A stretch of DNA of 37,274 nucleotides from Bacteroidales bacterium (GTDB lineage Bacteria > Bacteroidota > Bacteroidia > Bacteroidales > UBA4181), in NCBI GenBank assembly GCA_031287245.1, contig JAITTD010000068.1:1-37274 (forward strand), read 5' to 3'. Shown piece by piece: positions 29,431 through 36,976 of this stretch; within the stretch, counting starts at the first letter, position 1, and every line of letters starts with the position of its first letter. The translations under genes and the position numbers were made by a program. The notes beneath the pieces were generated by a model that was not told the origin of the DNA, searched no databases, and saw only the letters and a program-made list of their open reading frames with translations.

Positions 29431-32400
29431 GGTTTTTTTCTCTCGCCACCAGCATTGCAGCACCGGCACCACGAACATGGTCATGCTTTGGATGAGCATA
29501 CCGCCAAAAACGGGGATTGCCATTGGTATCATTATTTCTGCGCCTTTGCCGGTGGATGTGAGTACCGGCAACAGCGCTATGAGCGTGGTGGCAGTAGTCA
29601 TGGCGGCAGGGCGTACCCGTTTCAGTCCGGCTGTCACCACTGCTTCGCGTATTTCGCTGCGGGTGCGTGGATTGCGTTCGAGGAAAGTGTTGTGGATGTA
29701 AGTGCCCATCAGTACGCCGTCGTCGGTAGCGATGCCGAACAGGGCGATGAAGCCTACCCACACTGCTACGCTCAGGTTGATGGGGTGTATCCCGAAAAGG
29801 TCGCGCATATTTCCGCTGCCGGTGTCGAAATTCATGAACCAGGGCTGCGCATAGAGCCACAGCATGATGAATCCGCCTGCAAAAGCCACGAACACGCCCG
29901 AAAAATGGATGAGCGACGCTGTGACAGTTCGGAAACGGAAGTAGAGAATGAGCAGAATAGCCAACAGACAGAGCGGAATGACTGTCATCAGTCGCCGCAT
30001 TGCTCGCTGTTGCTGCTCGTAATTGCCGGCAAATTTGTAGGACACGCCGGCAGGCAACCGTATTTCGCCCGAAGCGATTCCGTCTTTCAGCATTTTGTCT
30101 GCCTGCTGCACCACATCCACCTCGGCTTGTCCCGCCTGTTTGTCAAAAATGACATATCCCGTGAGGAAAGTATTTTCGCTCTGTATCATTTGTGCGCCTT
30201 TGGCATAGTCAATGTTTGCCACTTCGCCCAGCGGTATCTGTACGCCGGTAGCCGTCGGGATGATGATACGGCGCAATGCTTCGGGGCTGTCGCGCAACTC
30301 GCGGGGGTAGCGCAGGCGCACAGGGAAGCGTTCGCGCCCTTCAACGGTAGTGGTGAGCGTCATGCCGCCCACCGCAACGCTGATCACTTCCTGCAAATCA
30401 CTTACCGTGATGCCGTAGCGAGCCATATTGCGGCGATTGAGTTGTATCTCAATACTGGGTGCGCCCACGGCACGGTCGTAGAACACCGTAGAAGGCAGGA
30501 TGGACGGCACAGTCTTTAACGCTGCTTCAAGCGCTTGCCCGCCCTGCTCAATGCTTTCGAGGTCGGGACCGGTCACTTTCAAGCCCATTGGGGCACGCAT
30601 CCCTGTGGAAAGCATCACTAACCGAGCCTCAATGGGTTGCAACTTGGGCGAAGAAGTCAAGCCCGGCATGTGCGACACGTTCACAATCTCCTGCCATATA
30701 TCGTCGGTGTTGCGGATATGCGAACGCCACTGCCGGAAATAATCGCCACGGCGGTCGGGAACGAGCAAAGCCTCCCATCCCTCAGAGGGGGGGCTTTGGC
30801 GCAGAATTTCTTCGGGGGACAGCCAAACAACGGTGTCATGTAGAGACGTGGCATGCCGCGTCTCTACAACCGCAAACTCCCCTCTGTCATTGGTTTTAAA
30901 CCGTTGTCTGTGACCGTCTTCATCCAGAATATATTCCGGACGGTAGTTGATGGTATTTTCGAACATCTGCACCGGTGCGGGGTCGAGGGCTGAATTGACG
31001 CGCCCCCACTTGCCGATGGTCAGTTCCACTTCGGGGATAGCGGTGATGCGTCTGTCCAAAGCGCCAATCAAATGGCGGTTTTGCTCAATGCCGGTGTGCG
31101 GCATGGTGGTGGGCATCAGCAAAAAAGAGCCTTCATCGAGCGCCGGCATAAACTCCTGCCCCATGTTTCGCCATATCAGTATTCCGCAAAGCAGGGTGGC
31201 TGCCGGTATCAGCATAAATTTCAAGCGATTGTCAAGGCACCAGCGCAGAATACGCCCGTAGAACGCCACTAATGTCCAAAGAGCGCCAATAATCAATCCA
31301 ATGGCGACCACCACAAAGAGGAAATTCAGGAAAAAGCCCGTTTGGGTGCCAAGAGGTAGCCATACGGACGTCAGGAGGTACAGCATCGCGAAAAGGGCGA
31401 GGGCGGTTCCTGCCCGTTTCCCCTTTTTCCGTAGAGACGTGGCGCGCCGCGTCTGTTGTGGAGACGTGGCATGCCGCGTCTCTACCTTGCCCATTACATA
31501 ATAGGCAATGGTGGGCAACAGGGCAAATCCCAGTATGAAGGCAGAAATCAGCGCGAAGGTTTTGGTGAAAGCCAGCGGTTTGAACAGTTTGCCTTCCTGC
31601 GCCTGCATGAAAAACACCGGCAGAAAACTGATGATAGTGGTCAGCATTCCGGTGGACAGAGCGCCGGAAACCTCGCGAACACTGCGGTAGATGACAGCCC
31701 CTTTCTCCATAGAGGCGTCTTTCATATTCCTCACAATATTCTCCACAATCACCACCCCCACGTCCACCATCACCCCGATGGCGATGGCAATACCCGACAG
31801 CGCCACGATATTGGCATCCACGCCGGTGTAGCGCATGATGATGAAGGTGGTAAGCACTGCAACCGGCAGCAGGCTGGAAACGATGATGGAAGCGCGCAGG
31901 TTGAAAATCAGCACCAGCACCACGATGATACAAATCAGGATTTCGTGCAAAAGGGCTGTTTCGAGCGTTCCGATGGTTTCGCGGATAAGGTTGGTGCGGT
32001 CGTAGAAGGGCACGAGGGTCACTTTGGATACGGTGCCGTCTGCGAGGGTTTTTTGCGGAAGTCCGGCGTTCATCGCTGTTATCTGCGCCTTCACATTGTC
32101 AATCACTTCCATTGGGTTGGCGCCGTAACGCGCCACCACCACGCCTCCTGCGGCTTCCACACCTTCCTTGTCCAAGCCGCCGCGCCGCGTGGCAGGACCC
32201 AGGTTCACAAAGGCAACATCTTTGATGCGCACCGGAACGCCGCCCCGCACTGTTACCACGGCTTCTTCCAAGTCGCTGATGTTTTTGATGTAGCCCAAGC
32301 CGCGCACAATGTATTCCACCTTGTTCATCTCAATGGTTTCTGCGCCAATGTCGAGGTTGCTCTTCTGCACGGCAGTCATCACGTCCATCACCGACACATT

Positions 32401-33054
32401 GAACGCCCGCATAGCATCGGGGTTGATTTCCACCTGATATTCCTTCACGAAACCGCCCACCGATGCCACTTCTGCCACGCCGCCGGCAGCGGAAAGGGCA
32501 TATTTCACATAAAAATCCTGCACTGTCCGCAATTCATCGGGACTCCAACCACCGGCAGGCTCTCCTGTTTCGGGATTGCGCCCTTCGAGGGTGTACCAGA
32601 AAATTTGCCCCAAAGCAGTGGCGTCAGGACCTAACGCCGGCTGAACGCCCTCCGGCAAGGTTTTGGCGGGCAGGGATGCGAGTTTTTCCGACACGCGGGA
32701 ACGGCTCCAGTAGAAATCGGCATCATCATCAAAAATGATATAGATAAACGACATTCCGAACATAGACGTGCTGCGCAAGGTCTTCACATTGGGAATGCCC
32801 AACAGCGCCGCAGAAAGCGGATAGGTAATCTGCTCCTGAATGTCTTTGGGCGAGCGTCCCATCCATTCGGTGGCGACAATCTGCTGGTTTTCGCCAATGT
32901 CGGGGATGGCATCCACCGGCACGGGATTGCGGGGCAACCAGCCGCCATGCCAGTTGAACGGAGCAACCGAAATGCCCCAGAACACGATAACAGCAAGCAA
33001 CAACAGCGTGACGAGCCGATTGTTGAGGAAATATTGAATGATGCGGTTGAGCAT
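29401..33054 (-). CDS. CusA/CzcA-family heavy-metal efflux RND permease (long 1217 aa form)
   Basis: It aligns by eye with E. coli CusA along its length (N-terminus MLNRIIQYFLNNRLVTLLL, MLSTGMRAPMGLKV, C-terminal 12-TM architecture). Extra loop segments are present. Confidence 0.9.
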   Translation of the reverse strand: MLNRIIQYFLNNRLVTLLLLAVIVFWGISVAPFNWHGGWLPRNPVPVDAIPDIGENQQIVATEWMGRSPKDIQEQITYPLSAALLGIPNVKTLRSTSMFGMSFIYIIFDDDADFYWSRSRVSEKLASLPAKTLPEGVQPALGPDATALGQIFWYTLEGRNPETGEPAGGWSPDELRTVQDFYVKYALSAAGGVAEVASVGGFVKEYQVEINPDAMRAFNVSVMDVMTAVQKSNLDIGAETIEMNKVEYIVRGLGYIKNISDLEEAVVTVRGGVPVRIKDVAFVNLGPATRRGGLDKEGVEAAGGVVVARYGANPMEVIDNVKAQITAMNAGLPQKTLADGTVSKVTLVPFYDRTNLIRETIGTLETALLHEILICIIVVLVLIFNLRASIIVSSLLPVAVLTTFIIMRYTGVDANIVALSGIAIAIGVMVDVGVVIVENIVRNMKDASMEKGAVIYRSVREVSGALSTGMLTTIISFLPVFFMQAQEGKLFKPLAFTKTFALISAFILGFALLPTIAYYVMGKVETRHATSPQQTRRATSLRKKGKRAGTALALFAMLYLLTSVWLPLGTQTGFFLNFLFVVVAIGLIIGALWTLVAFYGRILRWCLDNRLKFMLIPAATLLCGILIWRNMGQEFMPALDEGSFLLMPTTMPHTGIEQNRHLIGALDRRITAIPEVELTIGKWGRVNSALDPAPVQMFENTINYRPEYILDEDGHRQRFKTNDRGEFAVVETRHATSLHDTVVWLSPEEILRQSPPSEGWEALLVPDRRGDYFRQWRSHIRNTDDIWQEIVNVSHMPGLTSSPKLQPIEARLVMLSTGMRAPMGLKVTGPDLESIEQGGQALEAALKTVPSILPSTVFYDRAVGAPSIEIQLNRRNMARYGITVSDLQEVISVAVGGMTLTTTVEGRERFPVRLRYPRELRDSPEALRRIIIPTATGVQIPLGEVANIDYAKGAQMIQSENTFLTGYVIFDKQAGQAEVDVVQQADKMLKDGIASGEIRLPAGVSYKFAGNYEQQQRAMRRLMTVIPLCLLAILLILYFRFRTVTASLIHFSGVFVAFAGGFIMLWLYAQPWFMNFDTGSGNMRDLFGIHPINLSVAVWVGFIALFGIATDDGVLMGTYIHNTFLERNPRTRSEIREAVVTAGLKRVRPAAMTTATTLIALLPVLTSTGKGAEIMIPMAIPVFGGMLIQSMTMFVVPVLQCWWREKKTVFHVTRLDI
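30840..30867. repeat. 28 bp near-perfect palindrome GTAGAGACGTGGCATGCCGCGTCTCTAC inside the RND coding sequence
   Basis: 13 of 14 positions pair with the reverse complement. It is translated in frame as VETRHATSL. Confidence 0.9.
31431..31485. repeat. 55 bp double copy of the same palindrome (GTAGAGACGTGGCGCGCCGCGTCT-GTTGTG-GAGACGTGGCATGCCGCGTCTCTAC) inside the RND coding sequence
   Basis: Direct reading. It is translated in frame as VETRHATSPQQTRRATSL. Confidence 0.9.
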
Positions 33055-33149
33055 ATTTAGAATGACGAATTAAAAATTGCGGAATACTTTGTTTATTTTG
33101 ATGGGTACAAAAATACAAAGAATAATGATGAATGATGAATGTTTAATTA

Positions 33150-33266
33150 TTAAATTTTGCTAAATTTTCGTGAGGCGCCCTCTCTTCCAACATTTTCAAC
33201 GACAATATGCCCAAAATGTTCATCCAGATGCTCCCAATATTTGCGATTTGTGGCGAAAACAGCGGT
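33150..33266 (-). pseudogene. Possible 3' remnant of a gene (...TAVFATNRKYWEHLDEHFGHIVVENVGREGASRKFSKI*), whose upstream part is replaced by the 43 bp repeats
   Basis: The 33150-33332 ORF has a protein-like C-terminal half. Its N-terminal half is simply the translation of the GC-rich tandem repeat. Confidence 0.3.
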
Positions 33267-33367
33267 CCCCTGTCGGGGGACACCCGCGCCGACCCCTCGG
33301 CGACACTTTCCCCTGACAGGGGACACCCTCACCGACCCCTCGGCGACACTTTCCCCTGTCGGGGGAC
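33267..33367. repeat. 2.3 tandem copies of a 43 bp GC-rich unit (CCCCTGwCrGGGGACACCCnCnCCGACCCCTCGGCGACACTTT), each with a CCCC-N4-GGGG hairpin
   Basis: Units are at 33267-33309 and 33310-33352, with a partial unit at 33353-33367. Confidence 0.9.
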
Positions 33368-33574
33368 CTTAATGGAGAAATTGAGGAATTGAGAAATTTA
33401 GGAATACCCTGACGGACAAAAATAAGGGAAGATATTACCGCAGCCGTAGAAGAAGTAAGACAAGAACGGTATGAAAGCGGTCAACAAAATCAATAAGGTA
33501 ATCATAGGTCTTCGTGCGCCTCAATTTCTCAATTTCTAAAAAAATGCCGTCAATAAATAAATGTATCAATTTAT

Positions 33575-33667
33575 GTATCCCCTAACGGGGAATTGAGGTG
33601 ATATTAAGATTTATTTCTATTGATATGAATGTCCTACGGACAAGCGAATATTCCCCGTTAGGGATAC
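33575..33667. repeat. 93 bp element bounded by 16-17 bp inverted repeats (GTATCCCCTAACGGGGA ... TCCCCGTTAGGGATAC); MITE-like or a structured RNA
   Basis: The arms are reverse complements apart from one missing G. Each arm is itself a small hairpin (TCCCC-TAAC-GGGGA). Weaker symmetry extends to about 33561-33678. Confidence 0.7.
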
Positions 33668-33677
33668 ATGATACAGG

Positions 33678-33732
33678 GACAGTTGACAATGAAATACAAC
33701 GAATCACCACCGTCTCACCACTGAATCACAAT
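33678..33732 (+). repeat. Composite: GACAGTTGACAATGAAATACAAC core followed by GAATCAC/GTCTCAC-type units
   Basis: Matches the reverse complement of 29188-29286 and the left part of the 52 bp repeats at 6611 and 7990. Confidence 0.8.
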
Positions 33733-33845
33733 ATAATGTAAATAAGGTGAAAGGTGTCTTTAAAAAAGATAAATGTATGAAGATGATAAATAAGCCAATA
33801 TCAAAAATTGGTTTTTCATAAAAAGAGATTACCTTTGCAATAAAA

Positions 33846-34160
33846 ATGATGGTAGATTCTGCAAACATTGGACAAACAGCCGAGGAGGTTGAACGAGGCA
33901 ATAAGCGAATATTGCGCCTTCCTGAAAGTGCAGAGGAGGGCAGAATACTTGGAGGCAGAACAGCAATTGAAGCATCCCTTATCGTGGGAATTGCAGAAAC
34001 GGCAGATAGAACAGAGCCTGATGTCGCAACGGTAAGAAAACGGCAGGAAATCGCATTGGAAGAATACGCCAAGCACAAAGGCATTTGGATGGATTACGCC
34101 CGAATAGAGGCTACGTGGGAAGGCGTTGAAGGACGGGGTGGACAGCGTAGTGGAATTTAG
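33846..34160 (+). CDS. Orphan 104 aa ORF of unknown function, possibly a truncated N-terminal fragment
   Basis: Has its own -7 box TACCTTTG (33830-33837) 8 nt before the ATG. The composition is protein-like (acidic/helical). The frame ends just before the repeat array at 34166. No family recognised. Confidence 0.4.
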   Translation: MMVDSANIGQTAEEVERGNKRILRLPESAEEGRILGGRTAIEASLIVGIAETADRTEPDVATVRKRQEIALEEYAKHKGIWMDYARIEATWEGVEGRGGQRSGI

Positions 34161-34165
34161 GAATG

Positions 34166-34290
34166 GTGAGACAAAGTGAGACAGTGGTGAGAAATAGTGA
34201 GACAATAGAATCACTACTGAATCACTACTGAATCACAATTGAATCACTACTGAATCACAATAGTCTCACTACCGAATCACCATCGAATCA
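34166..34290. repeat. Bipartite helical-period tandem array, locus B: 4 GTGAGACA-type units followed by about 8 GAATCAC-type 11 bp units
   Basis: Reads gtgagacaaa gtgagacagtg gtgagaaata gtgagacaata gaatcactact gaatcactact gaatcacaatt gaatcactact gaatcacaata gtctcactacc gaatcaccatc gaatca. Confidence 0.9.
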
Positions 34291-34345
34291 AAAATTTAAA
34301 CCTGTGTTTCGTAATTCGTAATTTTTTATCTATTTTTGCGCTGTT

Positions 34346-34546
34346 ATGACTGTAATATTGAACGACAAAAAGTATGAAGTAGCCGACAGCATTTCGCTGG
34401 CTGCATTCATTGAGAGTTTGGGCTTGAAACCACAAGGGATTGCTGTGGCTATCGGGGATGAGGTGGTGTCCAAAGAACTGTGGGCAAGCACCATTCTGTC
34501 CGATAAGTTGGAAATAATGTTGATTCACGCCGTTTCGGGAGGTTAA
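34346..34546 (+). CDS. thiS: Sulfur-carrier protein ThiS
   Basis: 66 aa ending in GG (..IHAVSGG*) with a ubiquitin-like ThiS pattern. The -7 box TATTTTTG is at 34331-34338. thiE-family genes follow. Confidence 0.85.
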   Translation: MTVILNDKKYEVADSISLAAFIESLGLKPQGIAVAIGDEVVSKELWASTILSDKLEIMLIHAVSGG

Positions 34547-34558
34547 CACTATTTGACG

Positions 34559-35167
34559 ATGCATTGTATTATTATCAGCCACGAAAGTCCCTTTGCGCGA
34601 GAAGCCGACATCATCAACTCATTGTTTCAGGCGGGAATGAAGAATTTTCACCTGCGCAAACCTGCATGTACTCAAGAGATATTGCAAAATATACTGCGGG
34701 ATATTGAGCCGGCTTACCATTCGCACATCGTGCTGCACGACCATTTTGAATTGGCAAAGCAGTTTTTGCTTGCGGGAATTCATCTGAACAGTCGAAATCC
34801 GGTCTGTCCGTCCGGCGCTGTAGCCGTCAGTTGCGGCTGTCACTCGTTGGCGTGCCTCAACACACTGCTATCCACCTTCAACGGGCTTGTTTTCCTGAGT
34901 CCGGTGTTCGACAGCATTTCAAAACAAGGATATAAAAAGGCATTTACGGATGAAGAGTTATCGGCGGCGAGCAAAAACAAGTCCATCAATCATCGCGTCA
35001 TTGCTTTGGGTGGTATGTCGGCAGAAACGATACCGCTTGCGGCTTCCTACGGTTTTGGCGGTGTGGCGGTGTTGGGCGCCCTGTGGGGCAACATGCCCGT
35101 CGCTAAGGACAAGAACCGGATTTTAGACCATTTTCTGCAACTTGAAGCACTTACAAATCAGCAATGA
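34559..35167 (+). CDS. Thiamine-phosphate synthase-family protein (ThiE/TenI-like, divergent)
   Basis: The ATG at 34559 is preferred to the TTG at 34553. The TMP-TENI-like pattern includes HLRKP, GIHLN and ALGGM..E. The stop overlaps the next start as ATGA. Confidence 0.7.
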   Translation: MHCIIISHESPFAREADIINSLFQAGMKNFHLRKPACTQEILQNILRDIEPAYHSHIVLHDHFELAKQFLLAGIHLNSRNPVCPSGAVAVSCGCHSLACLNTLLSTFNGLVFLSPVFDSISKQGYKKAFTDEELSAASKNKSINHRVIALGGMSAETIPLAASYGFGGVAVLGALWGNMPVAKDKNRILDHFLQLEALTNQQ

Positions 35168-35811
35168 ACGGACTGTTGTTTATCACCCATAACACAGAGC
35201 GATACTGTTACCTGCAATCGATAGAGATAGCCCTGCAAGGCGGTTGCAGAAGGATACAACTGCGCATGAAAGACGCCGCGCCCGAAGAAATAGAACGAAC
35301 CGGAAGGCAGGCGCTGACGCTGTGTGCCCAATATGGCGCCGAACTCTATATTGACGACTGCGTGGAAGTTTGTAAAAACTTGGGAGCAACGGGTGTGCAT
35401 CTCGGAAAAACGGATATGTCGCCCGTTGTTGCCCGCCGAATGCTGGGGAAAAATTTCATCATCGGCGGCACTGCCAACACATTCGACGATATTGCCCGCC
35501 TTCATGCGGAAGGGGTGGATTACATCGGATTAGGTCCGTTCCGGTTCACGCACACCAAGAAAAATCTAAGTCCCGTGCTGGGGTTGACGGGTTATCGCGA
35601 CATACTCGCCCAATGCAGGCAAACCGGTATTCATTTGCCCATTGTTGCTATCGGAGGCATCACCATAGCCGACATTCCCGACCTTATGCGCACAGGCATA
35701 GCAGGCATAGCCATGTCATCTGCTATTCTATCGGCTGATGAGCCTGTTGCCCATGCACAACGCATCATAGCGACAATACGCAGTTCCGAAATCGGTCAAG
35801 CCCTTCCATGA
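35164..35811 (+). CDS. thiE: Thiamine-phosphate synthase
   Basis: 215 aa with IQLRMKD, GVHLGKTDM, YIGLGPFRFT.TK and AIGGI motifs. The 3' end overlaps the convergent lyase gene by 47 bp. Confidence 0.85.
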   Translation: MNGLLFITHNTERYCYLQSIEIALQGGCRRIQLRMKDAAPEEIERTGRQALTLCAQYGAELYIDDCVEVCKNLGATGVHLGKTDMSPVVARRMLGKNFIIGGTANTFDDIARLHAEGVDYIGLGPFRFTHTKKNLSPVLGLTGYRDILAQCRQTGIHLPIVAIGGITIADIPDLMRTGIAGIAMSSAILSADEPVAHAQRIIATIRSSEIGQALP

Positions 35812-36928
35812 GCACAGCCCGCGGGCAGGCAATGTTGATACGCAGGAAGTTTTCACCGTTTTTGCCATACATCAAGCCCGGGTTGAAGCGCACTTTGGCT
35901 TTTTCCAAAAGCGTTTGCGCCAGTTCCGATGGCGAACACGGCAAGGCGGCACAATCTACCCACGGCAAGTAGGTGGCTTCGAGCGGCAAAACATACAGTT
36001 GAGGGAAGTTTTGCACAAAAAAGTCAGTCAATGCCAGATAATTATCGCGCAGATAAACCAATAATTGTTGCAACCAGTCTTCCCCTTTGTTGTAGGCTGC
36101 AATTAACCCGTCTATTGCGAAAGCGTTGGCTTCGGCGATTCCGTTCTGGTGAAAAGCCCTTTCCACCTTCGCCCGTAACGCGGCATCCGCTACAAACGTG
36201 TTGGACACGTGCAAACTGGCGAGGTTGAAAGTTTTGCTGGGGGAAGTGCAGGTAACGGAATGAAGCAAAAAATCCTCACTGAGAGAGGCAAATGGAATGT
36301 GCTGATGCTCGGGAAAAACAATGTCGCAGTGAATTTCGTCGGAAACTACCGTCACCTGATTTCGGATGCAAATCTCGCCCATCCGCGTCAGTTCTTTCTT
36401 TGTCCACACCCGTCCTGCCGGGTTGTGGGGATTGCAAAGCAGCATGAGTTTTGTGCGAGGGTCGGCTGCAATGCGTTCCAAACCGTCAAAATCAATGGTA
36501 TAAAGTCCATTGTCATAAATCAGGTTGTTGGAAACGGTTTCACATTCATTCAGCCCAATGTTCCGATAGAAACAGTTGTACACGGGCGATTGCACAATCA
36601 CCCTGTCACCCGGTTCGGTCAATGCCCTGATGATGGCAGAAAGAGCAGGCACCACGCTGTTGGCGTACAATATCCACTCCTTTTTCACGCTGAACCCGTA
36701 GCGACGACTAAACCAACTGTCAATGGCGGCATAATAAGCATCGGGAAACATGGCATAGCCAAAAATGCCGTGCTGCACCCGTTTCATCAAAGCGTCCACC
36801 ACCGGCGCGGCTGTCCGAAAGTCCATATCGGCAACCCACAAGGGCAAAACCTCGCTGTCCTCAGTAAAATCCCATTTCAGGGAATCTGTCCCCTTGCGGG
36901 GAATTATTTCATCAAAATCGTATTTCAT
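35765..36928 (-). CDS. PLP-dependent C-S lyase / aminotransferase class I-II (MalY/PatB-type cystathionine beta-lyase)
   Basis: The true start is MKYDFDEIIPRKGTDSLKWDF at 36928, behind the -7 box TATTTTTG (minus, 36933-36940). MalY/PatB-like N-terminus, LCNPHNPAGRVW and SPSKTFNLA (PLP lysine) are present. Confidence 0.85.
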   Translation of the reverse strand: MKYDFDEIIPRKGTDSLKWDFTEDSEVLPLWVADMDFRTAAPVVDALMKRVQHGIFGYAMFPDAYYAAIDSWFSRRYGFSVKKEWILYANSVVPALSAIIRALTEPGDRVIVQSPVYNCFYRNIGLNECETVSNNLIYDNGLYTIDFDGLERIAADPRTKLMLLCNPHNPAGRVWTKKELTRMGEICIRNQVTVVSDEIHCDIVFPEHQHIPFASLSEDFLLHSVTCTSPSKTFNLASLHVSNTFVADAALRAKVERAFHQNGIAEANAFAIDGLIAAYNKGEDWLQQLLVYLRDNYLALTDFFVQNFPQLYVLPLEATYLPWVDCAALPCSPSELAQTLLEKAKVRFNPGLMYGKNGENFLRINIACPRAVLMEGLDRFRNCVLSL

Positions 36929-36976
36929 GGCGCAAAAATACAAAAAAAAGTTACAACTGGATGATTTTTTTTTGAG

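Noticed and set aside
33157-33392. Plus-strand ORFs 33157-33372 and 33207-33392
   Set aside because: They are read-through of the GC-rich 43 bp tandem repeat (repetitive peptide DPSATLSP...), with no promoter box and no protein-like features.
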